Shown one piece after another: positions 47,452 through 56,717 of a DNA stretch of 64,000 nucleotides (position 1 is the first letter of the stretch; the number at the start of each line of letters is the position of its first letter). The notes beneath the pieces are model-generated. The model did not search any database. It worked only from the letters and a program-made list of their open reading frames with translations, and was not told where the DNA came from. The DNA is from an uncultured Candidatus Rokubacteria bacterium (GTDB lineage: Bacteria > Methylomirabilota > Methylomirabilia > Rokubacteriales > DASRDR01): positions 1,280,001 to 1,344,000 of the forward strand of contig CAWGVS010000005.1 of NCBI GenBank assembly GCA_963826115.1, given 5' to 3'. Made by a program: the position numbers and the translations under genes.

Positions 47452-48648
47452 ATGATCGCCGGCGCCCGGGCCGTCCTCCTCATCGCGGCGCTCGCGCACG
47501 TGCTCCACGATGGCTTCTCGGACGTGCTCTACGTGCTCTTGCCGCTCTGGGCGGCCGACTTCCACCTCACGCTCACGGGCGTCGGCATCCTCAAGGCCGT
47601 TTACACCGCGGGGATGGCGCTCTCCCAGATCCCCGCGGGGATCCTCGCCGAGCGACTGGGCGAGCGCCGGCTCCTGGTGGTGGGCACCGCGGTGACGGCG
47701 CTCGGCTACCTCGCGGTCGCCATGGCCGGTCGTGGAATGCTGTCCCTCGCGGCCTTCCTCCTGGTCGGCGGCCTCGGCTCGGGAGTTCAGCACCCGCTCG
47801 CCTCCTCCCTCGTGTCGCGGGCCTACGAGACCGGACCCCGGCGGGCCGCGCTCGGGACCTACAACTTCGCGGGGGACATCGGAAAGATCGCGGTGCCGGC
47901 CGCCGTCGCCCTCACGGCCAGCCTGATCGGCTGGCACACCGCGAGCGGTGTGTACGCGGTCCTCGGCCTCGTCGGGGCCGTGTTCATCGCGCTGGCGCTC
48001 CGGCACGTCGGAGCCGGCGGGGCCGACGCGGCGGCCCGCGAGGTCGCCGCGAGCGCCGGCGGCTGGGGCATCCGGGACTTGCGCGGGTTCCAGGCCCTGT
48101 CCGCGGTCGGGATGATCGACACCGCGACCCGGACTGCCCTCCTCACGTTCCTGCCGTTCCTCCTCCTGGGGAAAGGGCTCTCCATCGCCGGGATGGGGCT
48201 GGCGCTCGCCGTGCTCTTCGCGGGCGGCGCCGCGGGCAAGTTCGTCTGCGGCCTGGTCGCGGAGCGGGTTGGGCTCGTTCGGACCGTCATCCTCACGGAG
48301 ATCGCCACCGCGTGCGGGATCGCGGCAGTCGCGCTCGGTCCCCTGACCCTCGCCCTCGCGGTGCTGCTCCCGCTCGGCATCGCGCTCAACGGAACGTCGT
48401 CCGCGCTCTACGCCACGGTGGCCGACCTCGTCCTCCCGGAGCGCCGGGCCCGCGCCTACGGGCTCTACTACACGCTGGTCGTCGCGGCGTCGGCGGCCGC
48501 CCCGCTCGTCTACGGCGCCCTCGGCGACGCCGTAGGCGTCCTCGCCACCTTGCTCGTCACCTCGGCGGTCGTGCTCCTGACGGTGCCGCTCTGCCTCGTG
48601 CTCCGCGGCGCCCTGGCGCCCGCGGCCGAGGCGCGTCTCGCAGCGTGA
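47452..48648 (+). CDS. MFS transporter (Fsr-like)
   Basis: AHVLHD, G.LAERLG motif A twice, QHP, about 12 TM helices. Confidence 0.9.
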   Translation: MIAGARAVLLIAALAHVLHDGFSDVLYVLLPLWAADFHLTLTGVGILKAVYTAGMALSQIPAGILAERLGERRLLVVGTAVTALGYLAVAMAGRGMLSLAAFLLVGGLGSGVQHPLASSLVSRAYETGPRRAALGTYNFAGDIGKIAVPAAVALTASLIGWHTASGVYAVLGLVGAVFIALALRHVGAGGADAAAREVAASAGGWGIRDLRGFQALSAVGMIDTATRTALLTFLPFLLLGKGLSIAGMGLALAVLFAGGAAGKFVCGLVAERVGLVRTVILTEIATACGIAAVALGPLTLALAVLLPLGIALNGTSSALYATVADLVLPERRARAYGLYYTLVVAASAAAPLVYGALGDAVGVLATLLVTSAVVLLTVPLCLVLRGALAPAAEARLAA

Positions 48649-49076
48649 GCGCGGGGCTCGGCCTTGCGCTCCTGCGCGTGACCCTCGGCGCGATCTTCGT
48701 GATGCACGGCTACCTCGGCCTCGCGGTCATCGGCCCGGCGGGCGTCGGGGCGTACACGACCCGCATGGGCTACCCCGCCGGGCTCGGCACCGCGCTCGGC
48801 TGGTACATGATCCTCGCCCACTCGATCGGCGGGATCCTCCTCCTGCTCGGCCTCGTCACGCGCTGGGCGGCGCTCGCCCAGGTGCCGATCATGGCCTCCG
48901 CGTTCTTCCTCTACCACCTCCGGCAGGGCTTCTTCCTGACCGGCCTCGTGGTGGACCCGACCCGGGGCATCGCGATCGCCGCCGGGTACGAGTACACGCT
49001 GCTCGTCCTCGCCGCCACGGTGACCCTCGTCCTCGCCGGCGGCGGCGCGCTCGCGCTCGACCGGCGCGCCCGCTGA
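48645..49076 (+). CDS. DoxX family membrane protein
   Basis: GTGA overlap; LLRVTLG.IFVMHG, GGILLLLGL.TR.AAL, GYEY. Confidence 0.85.
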   Translation: MSAGLGLALLRVTLGAIFVMHGYLGLAVIGPAGVGAYTTRMGYPAGLGTALGWYMILAHSIGGILLLLGLVTRWAALAQVPIMASAFFLYHLRQGFFLTGLVVDPTRGIAIAAGYEYTLLVLAATVTLVLAGGGALALDRRAR

Positions 49077-49098
49077 GCGTCCGTCCGGACCGGCCCCG

Positions 49099-50031
49099 TT
49101 GACGCGCGGCTCCGCCTCCGGCCGGCTGGGATTTCTCTTCATCGCGTTGTCCGCCGTGCTCTTCGGCTCGCTGGGCGTCGCCACGAAGGCGATCTTCCAG
49201 CTCGCGAACACCAACGCGCTGTCCGTCACGCTGCTGCGCGCGGCCATCGCGCTCCCGGCGCTCGCGGCGATGTGCGTCCTGATCGAGGGCAGGCGGACGT
49301 TCCGGATCGCCCCCGGGGACCTCGGCCTCATGGCCGTCGCCGGGCTGATGATGGCCCTCTACCAGACCGCGTTCGCCGTGGCGATCACCCACGCGAGCGT
49401 CACCCTGGTCACCCTGGTGACCGTGTGCTCCGTGCCGGTCTGCGCCGCCGTCATGTCCACCGCGCTGCTGGGAGAGCGCGCGCCGCCCAGCGTCCTCGTG
49501 GCGCTCGGACTTGCGATCGCGGGCGTGGGCCTCCTGGTGGGCGTCGACACGCTGAGCGGCACCGGCGCGGCGTCGTGGCTCGGGGTCGCGTTCGGGCTCC
49601 TGTCGGCGCTCTGCTACAGCCTGTTCCAGATCTGCGGGCGCGTCCTAGCGAACCGGTATCATCCCCTCCAGACGCTTTCCGTCTTCCTCCTCGTCGCCGT
49701 TCTCGCTCTCCTCCCCGTGACCGCGATCAACGGGCTCGTGCTCGCGTACCCTCCGGTGGCCTGGATGCTGTTCGCCTACCTCGGGCTGGGCGTGTCGGTC
49801 CTGGGCTACGTCTTCCTGGTCCTGGGGCTCCGCACGATGCCGGTCACGAAGGCGACGATCGTCTCGCTCATCGAGCCGCTGACGGGCGTGACGCTGGCCT
49901 GGGTGCTCTTCGGTGAACGCCTGGGGCTGTCGGGATTCCTCGGCGCCGCGCTGCTGCTCGTGGCGATGGGGATCATCTTCCGGGGAGCCGCGGCGCGCGC
50001 GCCGCGATCGGAACGGGTCGGGACGGGCTAG
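49099..50031 (+). CDS. EamA/DMT family transporter
   Basis: About ten TM helices in two repeats; LLGER and IEPL..LAWVLFGERL. Confidence 0.88.
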   Translation: MTRGSASGRLGFLFIALSAVLFGSLGVATKAIFQLANTNALSVTLLRAAIALPALAAMCVLIEGRRTFRIAPGDLGLMAVAGLMMALYQTAFAVAITHASVTLVTLVTVCSVPVCAAVMSTALLGERAPPSVLVALGLAIAGVGLLVGVDTLSGTGAASWLGVAFGLLSALCYSLFQICGRVLANRYHPLQTLSVFLLVAVLALLPVTAINGLVLAYPPVAWMLFAYLGLGVSVLGYVFLVLGLRTMPVTKATIVSLIEPLTGVTLAWVLFGERLGLSGFLGAALLLVAMGIIFRGAAARAPRSERVGTG

Positions 50032-52070
50032 GCCGGAGCGACCTCGACGGCGGCGTCGAAGGCCGCCTGTCCGGCCGCGAAGGAAAACAGGTCCACCGCC
50101 TCGTCGGGAACGACCGGCGCGCCGGACGTCACGGCGTTCAGTCCGGTCCAGCCGTCCCGCATCCACACCGTGCCCTCGGGCACGCGTTGGGTCACCAGGG
50201 CTCGCGCCTCGAATCCGCCTCGGTCGTTGAACACGCGGATCGGAGCGCCGTCGACCAGCCCGCGGGCCGCCGCGTCGGCCGGCGCGATCCAGAGGCGAGG
50301 CTCGGGGTCCAGGCGAGCGAGCGTCGGGAGCGCCCGCCCGTGGTCGTAGAACCCGTGGAACTGGGTCAGCGTCCGACCCTGGCGGAGGATCAGCGGCCCG
50401 GCCGCGGGCGGCGCCGGCTCGTGGATCGGCAGGGCCGGCAGACCCACCCCGACCGCGCGCTCCGAGTAGAGCTCCACCTTGCCGGAGGGCGTGGCGTAGA
50501 CGTGGGTGGGGTGCCCGACGTGGGAGATCCGCAGCGCGCGCATCCCGCTCTCGGCGCGCAGCGCGGCCACCGTCGCGTGACCGGTCGCGGGATGCGCGAG
50601 GATCGCGTCGATCGGGCCCTCGTCGGTCGTCCACGGATAGAAGTCGTCCACGCCGAGCCGGCGGGCGAGCTCGCGGAGAATCCACGCCGCCGGCCGCGTC
50701 TCCCCGGGCGCCTCCAGGATCTGCGGCATCAGGTAGAGGTGCGTGTTGGTCGCCTTGCACCCGAGCTCCTCGAGCCACGCCGTCCCCGGCAGGACGACGT
50801 CGGCGAACCGGCGGGCGGTGTCGTTCAGGAACAGGTCGTGGCTGACGACCAGGTCGGCGCGCGCGAGCCCGATCGCGACGCGCTCGGAGTCGGCGTACGA
50901 GGAGAGCATGTCCGTGCCGAACAGCAGGAGCACGCGGACCCGGCCGTCGGCCAGCGCTTCCGTGACCCGCGACATCTGGTTCGGGACGTAGGCGCCCGGC
51001 GGTCGGCGCTCGGGCAACGTGATGTCGATGAGCGCCTGGCCGTGACTGGCCGCGCCGTGTCGGGGCCCGAGGCCGCCGCCCGGCACGCCGAGCTGCCCGG
51101 CGAGGGCGGGCAGGCACGCGACGGCTCGGGCCGCCTGCCACCCGTTGCCGCCCTTGTGCATTGAGCTCCCCCCGAGGAGGATCGTCGCCGGCCGGGTCGT
51201 CGCGTAGCGACGGGCGAGCTCGGCGATCCGCCCGGCCGGCACCCCGGTGATCGGCTCGGCCCACGCCGGGTCGAGGGCGCGGACGTGTGCGGCCAGGGCG
51301 TCGAAGCCGACGGTGTGACGCGCGACGAAGTCGGCGTCGTGGAGGCCCTCGCCGACGATCACGGACATCATCGCGAGCGCGAGCGCGGCGTCGGTCCCGG
51401 GCCGGATCAGGATCACCTCGTCGGACTGGGCCGCCGCCTCCGTCTGGCGCACGTCGATCGTGACCACCCGCGCGCCCCGCCGCCGGGCCGCGGCCAGGTG
51501 CGGGCCCGTGTTGGGCTGGCTCGCGAGATTGGCTCCCCAGAGGACGATCAGGTTCGAGTTCGCCCCCACGTCCTCCTTGGTGTTGGCCTCGAGGACGCCC
51601 GTGAGGCCGAGGCCGAAGCCGCCGAGCCCCCAGCAGATCATCGAGGGATGCCACCACTGGCAGCCCCACAGGTTGGCGAACCGGCGCAGGAGGTGGGAGC
51701 CGATCCGGGTGCCGTAGTTGTTCGAGAAGAGCCCGTGCCCGCTCCACAGGCCGACAGCCTCGCGCCCGGCCGCGCGCATCCGCTCGGCGATCAGGTCGAG
51801 AGCCTCGTCCCAGCTCGCGCGGCGCCACGCGCCCGCCTCGCGCCCGGCGCGGACGAGGGGGTGGAGCAGGCGGCGGGGGTTGTCCACGATCTCGCGCGAC
51901 GCCTGACCTCGCACGCAGAGGAACCCGCGGCTGTCCGGGTTGTCCGGATCCCCCCGCACGCCGACCAGACGGCCATCCTCGACGGTCGCGAGCATGCCGC
52001 AGAGCGTCGGGTGACAGTTCATGGGGCACATCGTCCGCACGGTCTGTCGGCCGGCCGTCGTCACGTTCAT
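50028..52070 (-). CDS. Molybdopterin (bis-MGD) oxidoreductase with N-terminal 4Fe-4S cluster
   Basis: CPMNCHPTLC...C.RG, RLLHPL, WGAN, IRPGTD, ADVVLPG, TPSGKVELYS. Confidence 0.92.
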   Translation of the reverse strand: MNVTTAGRQTVRTMCPMNCHPTLCGMLATVEDGRLVGVRGDPDNPDSRGFLCVRGQASREIVDNPRRLLHPLVRAGREAGAWRRASWDEALDLIAERMRAAGREAVGLWSGHGLFSNNYGTRIGSHLLRRFANLWGCQWWHPSMICWGLGGFGLGLTGVLEANTKEDVGANSNLIVLWGANLASQPNTGPHLAAARRRGARVVTIDVRQTEAAAQSDEVILIRPGTDAALALAMMSVIVGEGLHDADFVARHTVGFDALAAHVRALDPAWAEPITGVPAGRIAELARRYATTRPATILLGGSSMHKGGNGWQAARAVACLPALAGQLGVPGGGLGPRHGAASHGQALIDITLPERRPPGAYVPNQMSRVTEALADGRVRVLLLFGTDMLSSYADSERVAIGLARADLVVSHDLFLNDTARRFADVVLPGTAWLEELGCKATNTHLYLMPQILEAPGETRPAAWILRELARRLGVDDFYPWTTDEGPIDAILAHPATGHATVAALRAESGMRALRISHVGHPTHVYATPSGKVELYSERAVGVGLPALPIHEPAPPAAGPLILRQGRTLTQFHGFYDHGRALPTLARLDPEPRLWIAPADAAARGLVDGAPIRVFNDRGGFEARALVTQRVPEGTVWMRDGWTGLNAVTSGAPVVPDEAVDLFSFAAGQAAFDAAVEVAPA

Positions 52071-52156
52071 CGGCCGCAGTATACTGGGCCGGTCGTGCGG
52101 CGGTAAGTGCCCGCGACGGGACCCTCGTCGCCCGACACCGGCACCGGGAGACCACG

Positions 52157-53335
52157 ATGCGGATCGCCTCGCTGGAGACGCGGCACGCCGACGCCGGGCG
52201 TCGCGCCTTCGACTTCGTCAAGGTCACCACCGACGACGGCCTGGTCGGGTGGAGCGAGTACAACGAGACGTTCGGCGGACCCGGCCTCACGGAGCTGATC
52301 CACCGCCTGGCGCCGACCATGGTCGGCAAGGACCCTCGCGCCCACGAGGCGCAGGTCGCGCTGATGCACGCGCTTCGGCGCACGTCGGCGGGCGGCGTGG
52401 TCCAGCAGGCGGTCGGCGCGATCGAGAACGCCCTCCTGGACGTGAAGGCGCGGGCGCTCGGCATCCCGGTCTACGAGCTCCTGGGCGGGCCGGTGCGCGA
52501 TCGCATCCGCCTCTACTGGTCGCACTGCGGGACCTACCGGGTGAGCTGGTGGAAGGAGATGTCGCTCCCGCGCGTCCAGACCCTGGACGACCTGGTCCGT
52601 CTCGGGCGCGAGGTCGTCGCCCGCGGCTACACGGCCCTCAAGACGAACGTCCTGATCCTCGGAGACCACCCTCGCGCCCACGCTCCGGGCTTCGCGCGGG
52701 GCGAGAGCTTCCCGGAGCTGAACCCGGAGCGGCACGTACTCCGGGCCGCCCGCGACCAGCTGGCCGCCTTCCGCGAGGGCGCCGGGCCGGACGTCGACGT
52801 CCTGGTGGACCTGAACTTCAACTACAAGACGGAAGGGTTCCTGAAGGTCGCGCGCGCGATCGCGCCATTCGACGTCCTGTGGGTCGAGATCGACTCCCGC
52901 TCGCCGACCGCCCTCCGCTACCTCCGCGACCGCAGCGAGATCGCGGTGGCGTCCGGCGAGTGCCTGTTCGGCCGGCGCGAGTACCGGCCGTTCCTCGAGA
53001 AGGACGCGATGGACGTGGCGATCATCGACGTCCCCTGGAACGGGATCGCCGAGTCCCTGAAGATCGCCGCCATGGCCGACGCCTACGAGGTCAACGTCGC
53101 CCCCCACAACTTCTACGGCCACCTCGCGACCATGATGAGCGCGCACTTCGCCGCCGTCGTGCCGAACCTTCGCATCATGGAGATCGACCCCGAGACGGTG
53201 CCCTGGCAGGACGAGCTGGTCACCGAGACGCCCCGGATCGAGGCCGGCCACCTCGTGCTGCCGACGGGTCCCGGCTGGGGCACCGAGGTCGACGAGGCCG
53301 CCGTCGCCGCGCACCCGCCGCGCACGGGTACCTGA
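52157..53335 (+). CDS. Mandelate racemase/MLE family enolase (paralog of 4816-6033)
   Basis: TDDGLVGWSE, YELLGGP, WSHCGT, DLNFN, WVEID, APHN. Confidence 0.9.
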   Translation: MRIASLETRHADAGRRAFDFVKVTTDDGLVGWSEYNETFGGPGLTELIHRLAPTMVGKDPRAHEAQVALMHALRRTSAGGVVQQAVGAIENALLDVKARALGIPVYELLGGPVRDRIRLYWSHCGTYRVSWWKEMSLPRVQTLDDLVRLGREVVARGYTALKTNVLILGDHPRAHAPGFARGESFPELNPERHVLRAARDQLAAFREGAGPDVDVLVDLNFNYKTEGFLKVARAIAPFDVLWVEIDSRSPTALRYLRDRSEIAVASGECLFGRREYRPFLEKDAMDVAIIDVPWNGIAESLKIAAMADAYEVNVAPHNFYGHLATMMSAHFAAVVPNLRIMEIDPETVPWQDELVTETPRIEAGHLVLPTGPGWGTEVDEAAVAAHPPRTGT

Positions 53336-53379
53336 GCGGGGCTTCCCGCCGCGCAGGCGGGTGCGGCGCCCCGCGCCCC

Positions 53380-54336
53380 TCAGCAGAGCGCCGCGACGCC
53401 CGCCGGAACGTCCACGTGGCGCGGCGCCCCCGCGAGCCGCGCTCCCAGGAATTCCGCGACCCGCCGGACGACCGCGGGGTCCCGCAAGATCCGCCGGTGG
53501 CCGAGGCCGCGGGTGCTGACCAGCTCCGCGCCCGCCCAGGCCGCCGCGACCTCGGCGCCGTCCGTCCACGGCACCTCCGCGTCCTCTCGGTCGTGGACGA
53601 CGAGCGCCGCCAGCGGAAGGTCCTCGGCCGCGCGCGGAAGATGGAACGCCTCCGGACGCTCGCCGACGCGGGTCACGAGGCGCCGCTCGAGCCGGACCCG
53701 GGCGCGAGCCGAGAGGCCGCAGGCGTCCATGAAGCGGTCGAAGTACGCTCGGAAGTCGGCCGCCGGCGCCACGAGGGCGATCGCCTCCGGGATCTCGACG
53801 AAGCCGGCGAGGAGCGCGCGCCGGAGCGCGAGGGCACTCACGGCGCCTCCGCCCGAGTGGGCGACGATCCCCCGCACCGGGCCCACGGCGTCCATCACGG
53901 CGGCAAGGGTCTCGGCCATCTCGGGGATCGTGGCGGTCCGGCCGTCCGAGGCGCCGTGCGCCGGGCCGTCGAACGCGGCGACCGAGAACCCCCCCGCGAC
54001 CAGCGGCTCGACGAACGCGCCCATCTGCCCGCCCCGGCCACCCCAGCCGTGAACGAGGAGGATCCGCGGCCCGGCGCCCCAGCTCCACGTCGAGATCCGC
54101 CGGCCCGCCACACGGACCGCGCCCGGCGTCGCGCGCGCGAGGATCTCCTGCTCGCGTGCCGGCGCGGCGAAGCGCGGCGGCGTCAGGAAGAGTCGCGCCG
54201 CCAGACGAGCCGCTGCCCCCGGCGCGACCCGGCTGAGCGCGCTCACGCCGCGGAGGGTCAGGCGCTGAGTGATCGACGGCTTGAAGGACCGAACGATCGT
54301 GCTGTTATCGGTCGGGTCTGAGGCTCTCATCGTCAT
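53380..54336 (-). CDS. Alpha/beta fold hydrolase
   Basis: LVHGWGG, FDGPAHG.S, AHSGGG nucleophile elbow, HDRED.EVP, GLGHRRIL. Confidence 0.9.
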   Translation of the reverse strand: MTMRASDPTDNSTIVRSFKPSITQRLTLRGVSALSRVAPGAAARLAARLFLTPPRFAAPAREQEILARATPGAVRVAGRRISTWSWGAGPRILLVHGWGGRGGQMGAFVEPLVAGGFSVAAFDGPAHGASDGRTATIPEMAETLAAVMDAVGPVRGIVAHSGGGAVSALALRRALLAGFVEIPEAIALVAPAADFRAYFDRFMDACGLSARARVRLERRLVTRVGERPEAFHLPRAAEDLPLAALVVHDREDAEVPWTDGAEVAAAWAGAELVSTRGLGHRRILRDPAVVRRVAEFLGARLAGAPRHVDVPAGVAALC

Positions 54337-54360
54337 CGTTCGAAGCTCCTCGTGTAGGAC

Positions 54361-54969
54361 CTAGCCGGACGCCGGAATCGGACGGCGGGCGCGCGCGAGC
54401 AGCGACTCGAAGGCGCGCCGGACCCGGGTCTCGGCACTCGGGTCGCGCAGAAGCCGCGCGAGGTGGTGGTACGACAGCATCGCCCCGTGGAGGTCGTACG
54501 CGAACTGCTCCGGGTCGAAGTCGGGATGGAACTGGCCTTCCCGGACCCCGGTGCGGGCCGCGTTGGCGATGACGTCGAGCCAGTCCCTCTGGGACTGTGC
54601 CAGGAAGTCTCGTGTGGGGCCGGGCCGGTCGTCCAGCTCCACGGCGGCCGCGATGAACGGGCAACCGCCGGGCAGGGCCGACGACCGCTCCCAGGCGAGC
54701 CAGCTCTCGAAGAGGGCCCGCACGCGCGGCTCGCCTCGGGGTGCCGCCAGGCCCGGCTTGACCACCTGCTCGACGAAGCGCGCGCGCGCAGTCTCGAGCA
54801 CCTGGAGGAGCAGCTCCTCCTTCCCCCGGAAGTGGGCGAACAGCCCGCTCTTCGAGAGCCGGAGATCCTGGGCCAGGCGCCCGATCGTCAGCCCCTCGAG
54901 GCCCTCCTTGGTCGCGATCTGGAGGGCGTGGTCGAGGATCGCCCGGCGGGTCTCCTCACCTTTCCGCAT
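54361..54969 (-). CDS. TetR/AcrR family transcriptional regulator
   Basis: N-terminal HTH GLEGLTIGRLA..L.LSKSGLFAHF..KEEL; GGCPF. Confidence 0.93.
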   Translation of the reverse strand: MRKGEETRRAILDHALQIATKEGLEGLTIGRLAQDLRLSKSGLFAHFRGKEELLLQVLETARARFVEQVVKPGLAAPRGEPRVRALFESWLAWERSSALPGGCPFIAAAVELDDRPGPTRDFLAQSQRDWLDVIANAARTGVREGQFHPDFDPEQFAYDLHGAMLSYHHLARLLRDPSAETRVRRAFESLLARARRPIPASG

Positions 54970-54975
54970 GCGCCC

Positions 54976-55005
54976 ATAATAGTACGGTCGTTCTTTTACG
55001 GTCAA
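54976..55005 (-). promoter_or_regulatory. tetR promoter (TTGACC-N18-TATTAT, 6 nt before the ATG) containing a palindromic operator AGAACGACCGTACT
   Basis: Read on the minus strand; a related palindrome AGCACGATCGTTCG lies at 54290-54303. Confidence 0.6.
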
Positions 55006-55793
55006 GCGGTATCTTTCGGGACGCCCGCCTCGGCATTGCGCTCCAGGACGGTCTGGAGGAACTGCCGGGTCCGCTCGTGGCGGGGCGCGGTGAAGATCTG
55101 CTGCGGAGGCCCCTCCTCGACGACCACGCCGTCCGCCATGAAGAGCACCCGGTCCGCCACGTCGCGGGCAAACCCCATCTCGTGGGTCACGACGACCATC
55201 GTCATGCCCTCGGCGGCGAGCTGCCGCATCACCCGGAGCACCTCGCCGATCAGCTCGGGGTCGAGCGCGGAGGTCACCTCGTCGAAGAGCAGCGCCTTCG
55301 GCTGCATCGCGAGGGACCGCGCGATCGCCACCCGCTGCTGCTGGCCGCCGGAGAGCTCCTGCGGGTACGCGTCGATCTTGTCGGAGAGGCCGACCTTGGC
55401 CAGGAGCGCCACCGCCCGCCGCCGCACCTCGTCCTTCGGCTCGTGCCGGACGTGGACCGGCGCCAGCATCACGTTCTCGAGGACGCTGAGATGCGGGAAC
55501 AGGTTGAACGACTGGAACACCATGCTGACCTCGGACCGGAGCGCCTCGATCCGGCGCTCGGGGTCCACGACCACCTTCCCGTTCCGCTCGTAGCGGTAGA
55601 CCGGCTCGTCCTCCAGGTAGATCGTCCCGCTGTCGATCCCCTCGAGGTGGTTGATGCAGCGGAGCAGCGTCGACTTCCCGGCTCCCGAGGGGCCGATGAT
55701 GCAGACCACCTCGCCCTTCTCGATGTTGAGCGACACGTCGCGCAGGACGTGCAGGTGGCCGAAGCTCTTGTTGACGCGGTCCAGACGGATCAT
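55002..55793 (-). CDS. Polar amino acid ABC transporter ATP-binding protein
   Basis: [45 protein letters not shown]. Confidence 0.93.
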   Translation of the reverse strand: MIRLDRVNKSFGHLHVLRDVSLNIEKGEVVCIIGPSGAGKSTLLRCINHLEGIDSGTIYLEDEPVYRYERNGKVVVDPERRIEALRSEVSMVFQSFNLFPHLSVLENVMLAPVHVRHEPKDEVRRRAVALLAKVGLSDKIDAYPQELSGGQQQRVAIARSLAMQPKALLFDEVTSALDPELIGEVLRVMRQLAAEGMTMVVVTHEMGFARDVADRVLFMADGVVVEEGPPQQIFTAPRHERTRQFLQTVLERNAEAGVPKDTA

Positions 55794-56512
55794 CACGCCG
55801 CTCCCTGGGCCGCGCTTCCCAGCCCTGGCCGGGGCCGCCGGTAGCCGATCTTCATGCGCCGCTCGAGGTACTGGACGCCGAGCGACCCGGGGTACGACAG
55901 GGCGAGGTAGATGACTCCGGCAATCGTGAAGATCGTGAAGTACTGGAAGTTCGTGGCGGCGATGATCTGCCCGGTGAAGATGAGCTCCTTCACCGTGATC
56001 GTGGAGACGAGCGCCGTGTCCTTGAACAGGGAGATGAAGTAGTTGCCGAGCGGCGGCACGACGATCCGGAGCGCCTGCGGCAGGATCACGAGCCGCATCA
56101 TCTTCGCCCGTGACATGCCGAGGGAGAGCGCGGCCTCGACCTGCCCCTTGGCCACCGCCTGGATCCCGGCGCGATAGACCTCGGACAGGTAGGCGGCGTA
56201 GTTCACCGTGAGGCCCACCACGCCCGCCGCGAACGGCCCGACCCTGATCCCGAACGCCGGCAGCACGAAGTAGATGTAGAAGAGCTGCAGCATGCACGGC
56301 GTGCCGCGGATGACCTCGACGTAGGTCGTCGACACGGTGCGAAGCACCCGGGAGCGCGACAGGCGCATCAGGGCGACGATCAGCCCGAACACCAGGCTCA
56401 GCACCATCACCGTGACCGTCAGCTCCACGCTGACGAGCGCCCCTCTGAGGAGGTCCGGGATGTAACTGCCAGCCTCGCGGAAATTGAACAGCGAGCTCAG
56501 GTTGTCGAACAT
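55793..56512 (-). CDS. Polar amino acid ABC transporter permease
   Basis: [33 protein letters not shown]. Confidence 0.93.
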   Translation of the reverse strand: MFDNLSSLFNFREAGSYIPDLLRGALVSVELTVTVMVLSLVFGLIVALMRLSRSRVLRTVSTTYVEVIRGTPCMLQLFYIYFVLPAFGIRVGPFAAGVVGLTVNYAAYLSEVYRAGIQAVAKGQVEAALSLGMSRAKMMRLVILPQALRIVVPPLGNYFISLFKDTALVSTITVKELIFTGQIIAATNFQYFTIFTIAGVIYLALSYPGSLGVQYLERRMKIGYRRPRPGLGSAAQGAA

Positions 56513-56649
56513 GGTGCCTCCGACGGCGTGTGGGAGATCAGGTCAGACCGGACCGGGCCTCCGGACGAGGGCTGCGGCAGGCACACGGAGGGTTCTGGCG
56601 GCCGGTCGGCGCCGCCGGCGGCGTGTCGCCTCCCGCCGGCGGACCGGCC

Positions 56650-56692
56650 GGCCTGTCCCGCGCCCCGGCCCAGGAGAGGCGCGGGACAGGCC
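56650..56692. terminator. Perfect 15-bp stem-loop between the SBP and permease genes (mRNA stabiliser or partial terminator)
   Basis: GGCCTGTCCCGCGCC (56650-56664) pairs with GGCGCGGGACAGGCC (56678-56692); no U-tract. Confidence 0.45.
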
Positions 56693-56717
56693 CTCGGGCT
56701 CGACTCCGTGACCGTGT

